Notes: generated from the sequence alone by a model not told the origin. Numbered from the stretch's first letter, positions 48,873 to 64,000 are shown. The stretch: 64,000 bases of DNA from Blastocystis sp. Blastoise (GCA_039096225.1 JBBPEB010000004.1:744001-808000); one strand, 5' to 3'. A program made the numbers and translations.

Positions 48873-49587
48873 TTATAAATCAAGGGAAGATGATTCTTCA
48901 TTCGATATATTACTTAATAAAATCTCTCTTTCATTAGGAATATATTCAGAAGAAGATAATATATGTTTCAATTCATTATGAGAATCTTTAGTAATCATAG
49001 ATGTTCTATTAGATTTCTTAGGTCTCCACCATTTCTTAGTTATTGTATATAACTCTTGTTCTTCTTGATTATTATCTGCTCCAACAGTACTATTTTTTGT
49101 TGAAGCAGAAATAGTGACTGCCTGTAAATTAGATAAGAAAGGATCTGCTTTTTTACCTATTCTCATATAACGTCTATAAAAAAAATATGTTATTTAATGT
49201 TTATATAATATATATATATATACTTGATCTTGAATAGTTCAACACCATAACTTTCTTTAATAAATGTATATAAACCTAAAAGTATACTAAGTAAAAAAAC
49301 CAGAAAAATGATAGTCAGTGACCATTTATTATCTATAATGGAATATTTCATTATAAAAGTAGTCTTGATATGTTTTATAATCATTTTTATAAAAAAAGAA
49401 ACATACATAGTGGACAATACTCGCATAATTCTCCATAACATCCAAAAGAGCAATCACAAAGTCCTGTGATATCATTGCATATTCCATCATTTATGCATTC
49501 ATGATCACAATGCTCAACTTCGACAATTTCTTCTGAACGAGCCAAAATAAAAATGGATAACATGTATAACATAATAATATTCTTCAT
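48873..49587 (-). CDS. Small single-pass membrane protein with signal peptide and EGF-like domain
   Basis: Signal peptide, then CDHECINDGICNDITGLCDCSFGCYGELCE (EGF), a TM segment 'WSLTIIFLVFLLSILLGLYTFI' and a cytoplasmic tail exon 48873-49174. Confidence 0.75.
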
Positions 49588-49766
49588 TTTAATTTTTATC
49601 GTTAAACAACAAGAAGAAACGAAATATAATTAAACTGAGAACTGCTGTATTTCCGAAAAGACGGAATCAGAAAAATTCAGCTTCTCTGCCAAACTATGTC
49701 AATAAAACTTCTAATCATTTTATCACACCGATTGTTTAAGAGGAATTCTAAGTCCAATTTTTGGAT

Positions 49767-49985
49767 AAGACTGTACTCATACAGGATCATTTCTATAGTG
49801 TACTCTCTTTTCTATTTTCTTACAAAATAGACATACATTCTAACTTTGATGATTCGTAATAGTTTCTGAGCTTAAATTGGGAGGCTAGTATATCTTTTGC
49901 TTCGGCATTCCGATATACATCGAAGAACGTCGGTAGACAATTCCATTCCAGTCTACTTGAAGCACAGAAACATTATGAAAAGTTA
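49767..49985 (+). ncRNA. U3: U3 snoRNA
   Basis: 5' AAGACTGTACTCATACAGGATCATTTCTATAGTG carries the GAC box, box A' and box A; C' TGATGA; B-like GAGCTTAA; stems TAATAGTTTCTG/CAGAAACATTA, GTAGAC/GTCTAC and terminal TAACTTT/AAAGTTA. Confidence 0.87.
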
Positions 49986-50458
49986 TTCTTTTTATTAATT
50001 TAAATTTTTTCCACTTTTTTTAAAAGTAAACATGCATTTATAAATTAAATATAATGTTTCATTTCAACTCATTACAAATAACGTGAAACGCTTGTTTTCT
50101 TTAAAATAACCCATTATTTCTAAAAAAAAGTCAATCTCATTTCAAAAAAAATATTTAAAAGGTCACAATAAAGTCCTCTGCTTATGTATATGTTTCTCTG
50201 TATCCTCTTGTTATTTTAAAATCGTCAATAATTCGTTGGATATTTCTAATTTAATAGAATGTATTTTCAATATTGTCTTCCTTTTTCCTTATATTGTTTC
50301 AGTTCAACAAATTATAGCTTTCTTGAATCAAAACAATTAATATTCATATTTCTTTTTAGGTTTCTTCTCTGTAGAAACTGGAAAAATACTAAAACCATTT
50401 TATTTTTTTAGTATTTAGTCTTCTATTGTGTTTAAAAATATATAAAATTATAAAAATA

Positions 50459-52186
50459 ATGGATACGTATAATATGTCATTAAAGGATAGTTGTATGTCT
50501 CTTCAAAGTAGTTTGAAATGGTATACAGAGTCCATCAAGTTAGTTTTGTCTTATTTAGAATCGACTTATTCTATGAGTCTTCGTTACATCAATTCTTCAT
50601 GTGAATTATTAAATAAAGATATTCTTTATAATTTAGATATTTGTAATGATTCGAAAAAACATACGATTATTCATAATATCGATCAAAAGAATCAAATCAA
50701 GAAGCAATCAGATACTCTAATAGATTCTAGAGATTCTCATGATGTTTCTATGAGTAACATGGATTCTAATGATATATCGAAAGTCACTTTTAAAATGAAT
50801 GATCAAGAATATGTCTTCGATTTCAATATAATTAATAGTTATCAAGGTAGTTTATTTTATGATGAAATGATGAAGAATGATATACATGAAGAATCTGTAG
50901 TTTATATAGATAATTCGAAAGAAAATTGGTGTATTCCAATAATCGTTGATTATATGGAGAATAAGAAGATTTCAATAGAGAACTATAAATATGAAAAATT
51001 ATTAAAGTTGATTGAATGTATAGAATGGTTGAATCTTCCTTTACCTGCTGAGTTGATGTTCATAAGAGAAAGAAGAGATACTAAAAAGAAATATTATAGT
51101 GAAATTGAAGATATATATATCTTTATAAATGAGAAAGAAGATGATCCTCTTATACATTACTTGATAGAAAATAAATTATTAATGTCCTTTATAGAACATT
51201 ATAATAATGGATATGTAGATTATGATAATAAGAATGATGTTTGTTATATTCGAAAAACATATAAATATTTACAATATATGCATGAATTCTGTACTACAGG
51301 GACGTTAGTGATTCCAAAAGAACAATTAAAATTAATACATCGAAAAGAATTCGAAGAAGAAATGAGTGTTTTTGGTGATAAGATATCGAATTGTTTAAAT
51401 ACATTATTTAATCCTTCCTTAGAGAACTCATGGATACTTGAAAAAGGAATGGAAAACTATTTATATGATTGGTTAGGAAAAGAAAAGAAATGGACTTTAT
51501 TATTTAGGTATTTTTAATTTAATTTAATTTTATATTTATTTATTTAATTTATATATGTTATTATTAAAAAGTTATTTTTTATATTTATATTATATTTATT
51601 TTCTTTTAAAATTATGAGTAATTTAACTATATTTTTCCTTCTTCTAGAGCTTCTGAACATGACTATAGTGCTGAAGAATTTCATAAATACTGTGATACTA
51701 AAGGAGAAACAATTACTCTAGTTCAATATAAGAGTAAAAACAATTCTTATTATATATTTGGAGGATATACAAGTGTTGATTGGAATCCAAATACTAGAGA
51801 TCTCTTAGGTATATATATATATTATATATATAATAATAATAATATATCCTTTATTTATAGGATATAAATATGATGCGAATGCTTTTTTATTTACATTAAG
51901 TAATAAATATGATATTACTCCTACTCGATATCCTATATTAAATCCAAATCTTGCTATTTTTTGTAATATTCATAAAGGACCTCAATTTGGAGGAAGTCCA
52001 TTAGATAAAAAAGATATGGCTATTTGTGATCAATGCCATATCAATCCTAATAATCATATTAATTGTATTTCTTATGATCATAAAAATAGTGATTTCAAAA
52101 ATAATATCTTTGTAACTACTAATCAAAATGATCAATGCAATGATTTCATTGTCGAAGAATATGAAGTATATGGTGTAATTCAATAA
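50459..52186 (+). CDS. BTB/POZ-like + TLDc domain protein
   Basis: BTB-like 'VTFKMNDQEYVFDFNIINSYQGSLFY'; TLDc 'WLGKEKKWTLLFR/ASEHDYSAEEFHKYCDTKGETITLV...IFGGYTSVDW...DANAFLFTL...GPQFG...VEEYEVYGV'. Confidence 0.85.
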
Positions 52187-52737
52187 ATTTATTATTCATT
52201 TAGCTTTTCTTAGTTGCTTTTTTATTTATTTATTTATAAATCGTCCTTTTAAACTGCATAAATTATATTTTTCTTCATTTGTTTTGCTAATATCATTCAA
52301 ATTATTATATTCATATTACTAATACTTATTATGGACATTCTATATAAATCTAGATTAATATAAATAGAAGAAATGATTCATTAATCATTACCTTCTTTAG
52401 AATGCACTGATTTTAATTTTAATCTTTGTTTTATTCAACAATATAGGACTTTATAAAATAGAATCATTATATAAATTCCTTATAAATACTTCTTTCAATG
52501 AGAAAACAAGAATATTATTTTTCATTTTTTTTTTTTTTAATTTATAAATTTTCTTGTTTATCTCCTCAAACTGACTAATAAAAGAGCTTTTTCCATTATT
52601 ATCTTTTATTATATATCTTTTTCATTTTATTTTCTATTATTTCATTGATCTATAATTAAATTTATTCTATTGCTTCTCTACTAATAGATAAAATTTGAAT
52701 TCATTAAATTATTTATTTGTTAAAAGACTTTCTTTGA

Positions 52738-55700
52738 ATGTCTATTTTCTTTTCCTTTCTCTTCTTACTTATATTATGTTTCAATCAAATTAATGCATAT
52801 AGTATATATTTAATTATTGATTTGTAAAACAATATATGAAACTGATACTGTATAGTTTGTGTTGGATCTGGTGTTTATGAAATAAAACTTATAAAGAATT
52901 TTGGTGGAGATGCTTATCAAGAGTCTTGGAAGATAGAACGTTTGTATCAATCATTCTCAACAGTTATTTATGAAGATAAAGGTTATTATTCTGATCTTTC
53001 TGGATCTCAACGAAGTACATTGTTATGTTTATCGAAAGATAAAAATTATTCTATTACAGTTTCATCTAGGTATATTTATTTTTATATTTTTTTTTAAGTT
53101 TTATTTTTTATTATATTTTAAACTATATTTTCTATTTTATTCTATTTCTTTAATTAATAGTAACAAATATGGTTGGGGAACAAGTTATGAAGATAATACT
53201 TTTATAGAACTGGCTTATAATGATATTGTTTTCTATACTATATATTTACCTTATTCTACTATTTTAAAGTCAAATTCTATGACATATCCTTTATCTAGTA
53301 TGTTTAATATATTATATTTAATAGTTTTATTATATATAGCTCATTTTTATATAACAAATAGAACGGAATGGCATATTTCATCATCAATATCTTCTTCTTT
53401 ATGGTATTCACCTAGCAATATAGATTATTTAAATTGGTCATCTTCTTCTTCTTCTTCTTTTTCTTTGTCTTCTTCTTCTCCTTCTTCTTCTTTTTCTCCT
53501 TCTTCTTCTTCTGCTTCTTCTTTGTCTTCTTCTTCTTCTTCTTCTGCTTCTTTGTCTCATTCTTCTTCTTTGTCTTCTTCTTTTTCTCCTTCTTCTATTA
53601 CCCATTATTATGTTACTGATGTTTTTATTCCTGTGGATACAATATGGTTGATTTCATTGTCCTTTAAGGTTTCAGGAGGTATTCGTGTATATATTAATGG
53701 GAATGAACTCTATAGAAAGAATCTACCTTAGTATATATATTTATTTATATATCCAAATTATATTTCTAATTCTATATGTTTTATTAAAATTATTTATTCT
53801 ATTTACATAGTAATATTGATTCAAACACATTAGCTATTCAAAATAACGATATTTTCATTGCAAAGTATATATATATATATATATAATTTTATTCATATTT
53901 ATTTTCTTCTTATAGATTTCATTTTCCTCTTCAATCCTTTCTAACAAACGATACTTATATACATATCGCAGTAGAAACTCATCATTATTCAATAAATCAA
54001 ACTACAAATATATTTGAAGGTTTTTTATATGCAGATACTCAAATCGAAGGTATATTTATATTTTATTTATGTACTTATTTGTTTATTATTCTATAGAAAC
54101 ATGTTTTCCTCGTTCTATAGCCAGTACAATTACTTGTATAGATAATTCATCTTCTATTCCTATTTCTTATAATTCCTGTTCTTATCTGCTTCATGAAGAT
54201 ACTAATAATATATATATATCTGCAACAAATAACGTTTCAATTACTATCACTTTCAATGGACAACAGTATTTATTTATATTATATATTTTATTATTTATTT
54301 ATATTATTGATATTATTTATTTATTATTTATTTCTATTATTTATATTATATATTTATTATTTATTTATATTATTTATTTATATAATTATGTAATTATCTT
54401 TATTATTCAAAATATATGATATCTAATATATAGACAAGAATGGATTAATCGTTATAATATTACACTTCCTTCTTCTTCTTCTTCAATGTCTCCTTCTTAT
54501 TATACTTGGACAGTATATGGAATATATGAACAACAAACACTCGTTAAATTAGATTATCAAGAACATATTCAATTCGATGTATCTCATCAAACGCAATCAT
54601 TCTTCATCTTTCAAAATAAATGGAGTTTCAATCAATATCGATTCATTATAGGTATTTATTATTATTTATATATTATTCTATATTATATATCTATATATAT
54701 TTCTAATCATCATTCCCATCTAATAATTTATTATACTATTATTTTATATCTTTCTAGAAAATGATTTTCAAGATCTACCAATTACATTACAGTTTATTCA
54801 ACTTCTTTCCTGTAATCATATTCCTGTTGAATCCATACTTCAATATTCACAAGATATTTATTATCCTCGTGTTTATTCATCACTTTCCTTATTACCTCTC
54901 TTTTCCTCATTTTCTTCTTTTCTTATTACAAATAGTTCTTTTCCTGAAGAAGTTAATGTATCAATTCATAAAGAAACAGGAAAGATTGAAGGGCAAATGT
55001 CTATAGAAGGACACTTCTCTATAACAATTCAAGCTCTAGATACTATGAAACTACAGTATATTACTAAAACGTTACAATTTATTGTTAATAGTATATATAA
55101 ATAATCTTATATTTATTATTAAATACTAATTACATGTATATCTCTGTTTTCTATAGATTGTTCATTTCCTGATTATTCTTATATTTCTATATTACTTCAT
55201 ACAAATTGTCCTTTTGAAAAAACTACATTAATTCTCTATACACATGAGAATCTTTCTATTCCCTTGTTTATTCATGATTCTATTAATTATAAACTAGATC
55301 GATCCTATGAACTTTGTATATCTACTTCTTTAAAAGAAATTCATTATTTTCATTCACCTTTACTTTATTTCACTTCTTTCCTTCAAATTCATCTTCTTCC
55401 ATCTATATCTACATTATCTACTAATAATACACTTCTTCTCTATACTACATGTAGAGGGAAATCTTCTTGTCAATATCTATTATATCCTCAATATCCTGTA
55501 TCTTCTTCTTCTATTTGGACATATATACAAAAAACACAAGAAATAAATCCTTTATGGACTACAATAAACTATAATGATTCTTCATGGTCACAACTCTCTT
55601 CTTCTTCTTCTTCTCCATTAATATCATCATCAATATATCTTTATCGATCTATATTCACAGTAACATCAACTTCTCTTCTTCAATCTATCTCCTTATATAT

Positions 55701-58700
55701 ATCTACTTCATTTCCATTCATTCTATATATTAATGGAATTCAAATCATACAATATGAATGGATATCTTCTACTAATAATCCAAATATTATGAATAAGAAA
55801 TCTATTTCTAATGATACTCAATCATTCTTATTAACACATACATATGATATTATTGAAGAAGGAATTAATTGTATATCTTTAGAAATCTTTATATCCGATA
55901 TAAATACTTCTTCGTCTATTCTTCCTTTTGATTGTTCTCTTCTACTTTTTTATCATGAACATATTATAGATCTTCTTTCTTTATCTACACTATATTTAAA
56001 TAATCAAGTTGTTTCTTCTTCTATTCCTTCTACATATTCTACAACATGTTTTTTATCTCCTAATTATCATGCTACTACTATTTATTCTAAACTTCCTTCT
56101 TATCTATTTGATCTTAATCTCTATACTTCATGGTATCAACCTATGACTATTACTTTAGATCCAATTGAACTCTTACTTCTCTTTCATAATCATATTTCTC
56201 TTCATCATAATGTCTTATGTTTCATTACAAATCCATCACAACCATTCTATGATCCATATCAATGGACACTCTATGGAGTTCTTCAAAACCAATCAAATGA
56301 TTTATCTAATTCACAATATACAGATGATCTACTATATCATTCTGAATATGATATCTATCCATCTACACTCAGTAGAAAATGTTATTATCTATTAAATAAC
56401 ACAAAATCTTATCAAGGATATCGACTTATCTTTGAAAAACCATATAATTCACTATATATACAATATATTTCTCTTTCTCAAATTGAATTCTTCTCTATGA
56501 ATCTTCAAACAATAGAATTACCTCCTTTTGAATTACCTAAGAATCGATATATATTCTTTTATCAAACTAAATATATCTCACCATTCTTCTATCCTTATGG
56601 ATATCAAAATTATGAAATATCTTCTTCTGCTCTCCCATTTTCTAATTTTAATTCTCTTCATGGATATTTTAATCCTTATATATTATTAACATATTCTTCT
56701 CGACTTACTACTATTACAGCAACAAATCTAAAGAATGAAATAGTATCAAATACAATTACTTTAGAATCTAGAGAATGTAATGATGGATATAGTCCTCTAC
56801 ATTTATATGTATATATGGATGAACATTATTTAACAGTTACTTATACATTAAGATCTATATTGAATAATAATGAAGATATTCTTAATAAAACTATAGGAAA
56901 TAATGATAATATCGATACACCTCCTATGAATATTTATACAGAATCCTCTATATTATATCAATCCAAAGATATACTTCCTTCAGTAACTCTAGCGAAAAAT
57001 TTTTGTTTAGATAATGGTATATATCAAATAGAAATAGAAGATTCTCAAGAAGAACCATGGATAAATAGTTTTATATCTATTCAAGGTATTGAACATTCAT
57101 TCGTTACTATACATAAACCAAGAGGTAAATATTATAAATATATATTTAATTTAAATTATATTCTTAATTCAAGAGATTCTAATTGGAAATTAAAAGATAT
57201 ATCTACTTATCCTATAAATTGGAATACATTATCTTTTAATGATATATTATGGGATCGATATGATATTCAATTTAGTCAATCTATATATGATTCTCCTCTT
57301 CATTTATTTCGACATTCATTCACTATTACTGAACATGATATTCAATCTTATTTATCTATTGCTATTTCTATTAATTCTCCAATTGGATGGGTTATTCATA
57401 TAAATGGTATTACAATGAAAATATGGAATATGATTAATGATATTTCAATGATACATGCAAATACTTATTCTATTCATTATTATCCAACTAGACCTAATAC
57501 AGGTATACTTAAAACTTTATATAATTGTCCAAATAATATATCCTATTCTTCTTTTTCAACAAATATTTCTTCTTCTAAAAATGTTTCTTCTTCTTTTTCT
57601 TCTACAAATATTTCTTCTTCTTCTACCTCTACAAATCTTTCAGAATGTATATCTCCTTTTGTTCTAGGAAAGAATGTTTTAGCTATAGAGTTTCATGAAG
57701 ATGCTCATGCTGTTCTTTATGATTTCCAATTTGATGCATCTATTCGACGAATTCATTCTCGTGAAAATTTAATGTTTTCAGGAGAATATCATAGTAATTG
57801 GAATATTGAAGGTATTCAAGGTGTAAATGCTCTATTTGATAATAATATATATACTTCTGTATATATAGAAGGAGAATGTAAAGGAATTCAATATCAATGG
57901 ACTTATACTTATGATCGTTATGTAATGATTAATTCTTATAGAATTGCTAATGGAGATGATTGTATTCATTTAAGTCCTACTTCTTGGATTCTAGAAGGTT
58001 CTTTAGATAGTAATACATGGATATTATTAGATACAGTTACTTATGTATATTGGACTACTTTCAATCAAGAATATTATTTTTCTTTCTTTAATAATAATGT
58101 ATATACTAATTATCGAATAACTATACAATCCTGTTCAATGCCTATTGAAGATTCTTCATGTATTTCTTATGGATTACAACTTAGTGAATGGACACTATCA
58201 GTTGATACTCTTACTTATTGTGAAGATATTCATGGAGATTTAACAATTCCTTATGGCCATTTCTTATTATTCCCTTGTATATCTTGTGAATATGGATATA
58301 TAGTGAAGAGATGTTTAGGTAATAATGAATATATTATTCTTTATGAAACATGTACATCTTCTCTTCCTTCTTCTTTCTATTATTCTTATGATTCTAGTTT
58401 ATATCCTCCTTCTATTACTAATACAACTCAAGGAATATCTCCTTCTTCTCCTTTTATTCTTTATCGTTATATATCTATATCTCCTCTTTATCCTTCAATT
58501 TCTATATGTAATGCTACTTATACGAATATTACAACTCTACCTAATGGACTTTATTTAAATCCAAACACAGGAATAATCACGGGAATACCTACTTCTATAC
58601 AAGAATCTATTCATATTATTATTTCTATAAATACATTGACTAGTACTTCTATATCAAGTTTATATATATCAATAACTGAACATTATTGTCCATCTATAGA

Positions 58701-60719
58701 TACATGGCCATTAACACTTCCTGGAACTACTGCATCTATTCCTTGTGATGATCCTATTCATTATTTTGGAAATCTTCTTCGAACATGTAGAGAAGATCTT
58801 CTTGTTCCTATTTGGGGAGTTATCGTGAATAACTGTACATTAAATATTCCTCAACTTATATATTCTTCAACATTCTTTGGAACATTAGATGAAGTATATT
58901 ACCTAGAACCAGTAATATATTCTGGACTTTATGATCATATTACTTTCATTCCTCCACTTCCTTCTTCTTTTTCCTTTAATAACGATACAAGAGTAATTAC
59001 ACTTTCTTCTTCTTCTTTCTTAGGACAAGTATATCTTATCAATATCAGTAATACTTATGGATATAGTCTTTCAACTATTCGTGTTTCTATTTATTATCAT
59101 ATCGATAGTTCTTATTGTAGTGACAACGATGGATTCCCTTATATGCGTCAAGAACAAACTCTTTCGATTCCTTGTGAAGATCCAATACATTATAAAGGAC
59201 AACGAACAAAAACTTGTTTTGTCTATGGTAACATCAATTCAAATATTACTTCTACATGTAATCCAAAAGATCCACAAATACATTATCCAAGATCTTTATA
59301 TGGTTATATAAATCAGAACATTGATATTCTTACTCCTTTTATTATTTCTTTTCCTCCTCATATACTTAGTATATCTCCTTCTCTTCCTATAACACTTCAT
59401 TTCGATACAACTAAGGGTATATTATCAGGATATACAACAACTACTATATTAGATACATATACTATTTCTATTACAGATACTATAGGTACTAGTTCTATAT
59501 CTTTATATATTCATATCACAGAACCTTATTGTGAACAAGACGATGAATGGCCAGAAACAATTGTTGGATATACAGTCTCTATTCCATGTGAAGATCCGAT
59601 CAATTTCATTGGTGAACGATCACGTGCTTGTATTTTGGATAGATCTCCTATTTGGTCAGAGATTACAGTTTCTTGTGTTATATCTCCTCCTTCTCTTTCT
59701 TATCCTTCTTCTTCTTTATATACATATGTAGATAAACCAATTCAACCATTTCAACCAACTACAACGGGTTTGAATTTATCTGATTATTCAATCAGTCCTT
59801 CTTTGACGAATGGTTTATCATTTAATAATAAAACAGGAATAATCACAGGAACAGCATCGATTCGAGATAGTTCTTTATATAGTATATCCGTAAATAATTC
59901 TGCTGGTACTGGTCGAACAACATTATATATATCTATAATAATGTTAACATGTAGTAAAGAAGATGAATGGATATATAGTTATGAAAATACAACAGTATAC
60001 CTTTGGTGTGGCGATGGATATATAGGTACGAAACAGCGCACGTGCATGAGATTCGAGAATGATACAACTTATTGGGGAACTATAGATACAGAGAATTGTG
60101 TAGATATATCACGTGAGAAACGTAATGATTTAACTTACATCAATATACCTTTTCGAGTATGTTTATTCTATATATAATATATATATAACTATTTTTTATT
60201 TTAATATATAATAATATAAATATTTTATAGATTATGGGAATATCTTTAGCTTCATTTTCTATACCACTAGTTTATGAACAGTTTCGACTATCGATATATA
60301 ACACAGTACAATCCTGGATACTGAATACAGAAAATGTTGTTATTTCTAGTATATATGAAGTAACTACAGAAAGTGTATTTAGTGGAGGAATAACAGATAT
60401 AGTTATAAGGATATATTGTGATTCAGCAACAGCTTCAGAAGTAGTATCAAATCTATTAGATGTTTATGAGTTGAATCACGATTTCTTTAAGGAGTCGATT
60501 GTTTCTAGTTCAAGTGAAGTACTTAAAGAAATCGAATCTATAGATATAATTGTAGACGAAGTTAAAATATATAACGGCGATGTAGCAATGATATATATAA
60601 TAATAATAATATTTATAATTATAGTTACAGTAGCAATTATAATGTATGTAGGATACAAAATATATACAAAGAAAATTCGTATAGCCAAGAAACCAAAGGT
60701 AGCCGTGATTAAAGAATAG
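52738..60719 (+). CDS. Large type-I surface protein: galactose-binding/discoidin-like domains, alternating Cys modules and He_PIG (putative Ig) repeats, C-terminal TM
   Basis: Signal peptide MSIFFSFLFLLILCFNQINAY; 'GKNVLAIEFHE', 'SPTSWILEGSLDSNTWILLD', 'LPNGLYLNPNTGIITGIPT', 'YCEQDDEWPET..G.TVSIPC...G.R.R.C'; TM and Lys-rich tail in ORF 60234-60719. Confidence 0.85.
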
Positions 60720-61319
60720 ATTAGACTATAAATAAATTAGACTAAAAACAAAATATTGTTTAGTTACTATGAATGAATAATAATTAATTACACAACATAA
60801 ATAATGATAAAAATATTTTTATTATATAAATTTAATAACTTGAAGTGAACAAATATTTAGATATATAGGCATATAAATGTTAGAGAATTGTGTAAGCATA
60901 TCTATAGAATATAGATGATTGAGAGAGATAGATATAGAAAATAAATAAATAAATATATAATAATAATAATAATACAAGAATAGGAAGAATAGGAAGAATA
61001 GGAAGAATAACTATAATACAGAAATTAGCGTAATTCAGTTCTATTTTGTTCGCAATTATATCATTCTTTAAATTTTTCTCAGGCATCTATTTTCATTTTG
61101 TAAGCTACTTATATTTCGCGTTATGAATCCAGTGTCTAATTAATTTTTTATTATTCTAAAATCTTTGATTAGCACATATATTTAAACCACTCCTCTTTCG
61201 TTTTCCATGTTTTTATTTATTTCCTATATAACATATATAGTATAAAGATATGTTATATATTACTTCTATGACTTTAAAAAAATTTAAATATACATACGTT
61301 ATATAAATAATTTCAAAAG

Positions 61320-61500
61320 ACTTCCACATTTTGCGTGTTTTTTCTGTGCTTTACATTCTGGTTTTCTTTTACGTTATATCTTTACATGAAGCATTTCTCT
61401 TCAACAACTGGCTGCACAATGATCCTTTAGAAGTAAGAGACGCGATCAGATCAACAGCGAACCACGATTTAACTAACTTCTCAGTCACTTCGGCACTATA
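61320..61500 (-). pseudogene. Degenerate exon-like fragment, unidentified
   Basis: tatag acceptor, then AEVTEKLVKSWFAVDLIASLTSKGSLCSQLLKRNASCKDIT* followed by more stops. Confidence 0.25.
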
Positions 61501-63031
61501 ATTCAGAAAGAAAGTCTATTAAAAATACTATATACCCAGCGATATGTCAGAAACTCGGACTTATGCATATAATGGATCAAAAATAGCAGCATCTGAGATA
61601 CATTAGCACGTTAAAAATAGAAACCTGGACTTCAATCAGCTTTTCATTTCGTCTTAAACGCTAGTATAACTCATAAAAGTTTTATAATTAAATATAGATA
61701 TGTATGTACTATCAGATCCAACAAAGGAAACCTTAGGTAGAGCAAAAACATGGAAAAACACGGCTAATTTGTTTTCCAAAAAGTGTTTCCACAAGGTTAT
61801 TTTCAACTATAATATTTAAAATATATTAATGAAAATGTATAGAGTAAGAAGCAATAAGAATAAAATAGGATCATGACAATTAGAGTCACATCGACGCGAT
61901 TACTTAATTAGCACTTTGTTCTATTACAAAATAAATAATAAATTCATATGTCCGACTTATAGACAAGATGATATACTATTTTAATATACATTATTCCTTT
62001 GATTAGATCAAGAAATAAAAGAAATATGTTGAAAAATTCATATGAACAAAGAATTTCCCTTATTTCCACCATTCGTTTAAAAACCAATTAAATCGTCAAT
62101 TCTTTGACAAATAAATAAATGTCATGATGAAATATGATATCAACCAATGATGTTTGACAATTAAAAGACATCTGGAAGCTTCTATGAAATCCCCGGCCTT
62201 TTTTTCGCGGGGCTAATGTTCCACCTCAACTTTTTGTAATTTTACAATATACGTAGTTTCATCAAAAAATAGTCATACCAATCAACTGAACATAATAAAC
62301 TAAACCATTTGAGTGAAAACAACGACAACATCATACATCATTCAAAGACAAACATCATTATAAAGCCAGTTTAAAATACTTTTAAAAGTATGTAAGGACA
62401 TCCAGGAATGTTTTGAGATACATTTCAAACCTAAAGAAAAAGAAAAAATAAATTCGCAGGTCTATTAACTTTCATTGCATACTAGAATCTTGATTTTAGT
62501 AATCTCTATAGATACTATAAGCCTATGAGAATATTATAAACGAATAAAGTGATTCATCTATACTTTTTCGTAATCGATTTGATCGCCAATGTGAATTAAA
62601 TGACTGCCCTAATCCATGTCTTGTTACATAAAATTGATATAGATATGTTATAATGATAATCAACGATAATTATTTTTAAACACGAAAACATAACACGAAA
62701 AGTCTCTTGTCAAAAGGAGGGAAATCGAAAATAAATATGAATGAATCGTAAAAGTAATTATTTATATTTAAAATGGTTATATATATTAAATTAAGATGTA
62801 AATGAGTTGAATATTCTATCAAATATATTATTTTATCTTTAGAATGATGGAGATAGAAAAGAATATACTTTTTCAATGATAAAAAACAAAGATTTGATCA
62901 ATCATGAATTGAATTGTATGTTATTCTTAATAATTCATAAATCAATACAAAACTATTTATGAAAAAAACAAATATATATTAATATATCCATATATAATAA
63001 ATCAATTAATTATATATAGATAGATATCGAT

Positions 63032-64000
63032 TTAATTGTCTAAATTATATTTCTTTTGAATATAATCAGGTAATTGACAACGTCTTGGAAGATCTTTACT
63101 AAAAATATATATAAATTTATATAAGTAATATAATTATTCTAAAAATTCTAAGATATATATATATATATACGTTCGTTTAGATATGTAGTTATATGTAACA
63201 GCTAGACTATTGTTGTTATCTTCTATTATTAAAGCACGTTTGTATTGTTTATATTTTTCAAAAGAAAGAGTATTAGTATGAATATCATTATTCTCTGAAG
63301 AAGAAGAAGAAGAAGAAGAAGAAATATTATTGACTAGTTGTTGATATTCTTTTGTTAGTGTTTCATCACTATCACAACCATTGTTCTTATTCCATTTCTT
63401 ATTTAATTCTATATCTTTATCTTCAATATATTCATAAGGATCTTCAATAATATCTGTATCATAAACAGTATTATCATATAAACAGTCCGATTCATTATTT
63501 CTGCTAACTGAGTTGTTTATAATTGATCGAATTTGATCATGTATTATTTCTAAAGGAGTATGACCTTTTAAACTCTCCATTCCCCAATCTTTATCATCAA
63601 TAAGAGACTTTAATATATCTACCAATAACAATTTTCTAGAATCTACATATTTGATTTCAATACGATAATCATTTGGAGTGTAAGGTATATTTATTTGTCG
63701 TAGTAGTTGAACAAGTTTATATTTATTATTATACACAGCAGATGATAAAATCTCTTCCAAATAGTTAGTAGAATTCTATTATATATATACATAATTTATA
63801 ATGTTAAAAGTATTATAAAAAAATATATATATATATACATTGGTAATAAGTTTTTCTAAGAAATAGCCACATAAATAATACGTATATATATTTTTCCCTC
63901 TATAGTAACTAGAATAATCATAAAGTTTATTAAAGCAGTCATAATATGTTTTATCTGACCAAGGATATATAAATAAATATTTATATATAGAACAAAAATT
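63032..64000 (-). CDS. 3' part of a multi-exon gene of unknown function; 5' end outside the window
   Basis: ORF 63134-63760 flanked by splice sites; last exon ...KDLPRRCQLPDYIQKKYNLDN*. Confidence 0.6.

Noticed and set aside
62185-62218. GAAATCCCCGG...CGGGGCTAAT resembling the RNase MRP P4 halves
   Set aside because: The halves are only ~10 nt apart, so it is a short hairpin or a CCCGCG motif instance.

Overview
Very AT-rich eukaryotic genomic DNA with many short GT(ATAT)...(TATAT)AG introns. Gene style (He_PIG/Cys-module surface protein, BTB-TLDc protein, ~30-100 nt introns) suggests a Blastocystis-like stramenopile; this is inference. The first half of the window is a nested pair of giant cargo-carrying DNA transposons. 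A 29.8-kb CACTA/CMC element (3090-32936; 13-bp TIR CACTATCAGCGAT, 3-bp TSD ATT) encodes a transposase, a divergent accessory ORF, a 19-bp minisatellite and an intron-containing exportin-7 fragment. Inside it sits a 16.2-kb Buster/Charlie-type hAT element (4006-20224; 8-bp TSD GTGTAGAA) with an apparently intact BED-finger transposase, a ~7-kb intron-containing UTP20 fragment and two tRNA-like units. The second half holds host genes: a multi-PHD chromatin protein, an EGF-like membrane protein, U3 snoRNA, a BTB-TLDc protein, a large surface protein and a partial gene. Other notable signals are a pure G(TA)29G intron, a recurrent TCCCGYG motif and a candidate structured ncRNA. Exon boundaries were read by eye and are approximate.
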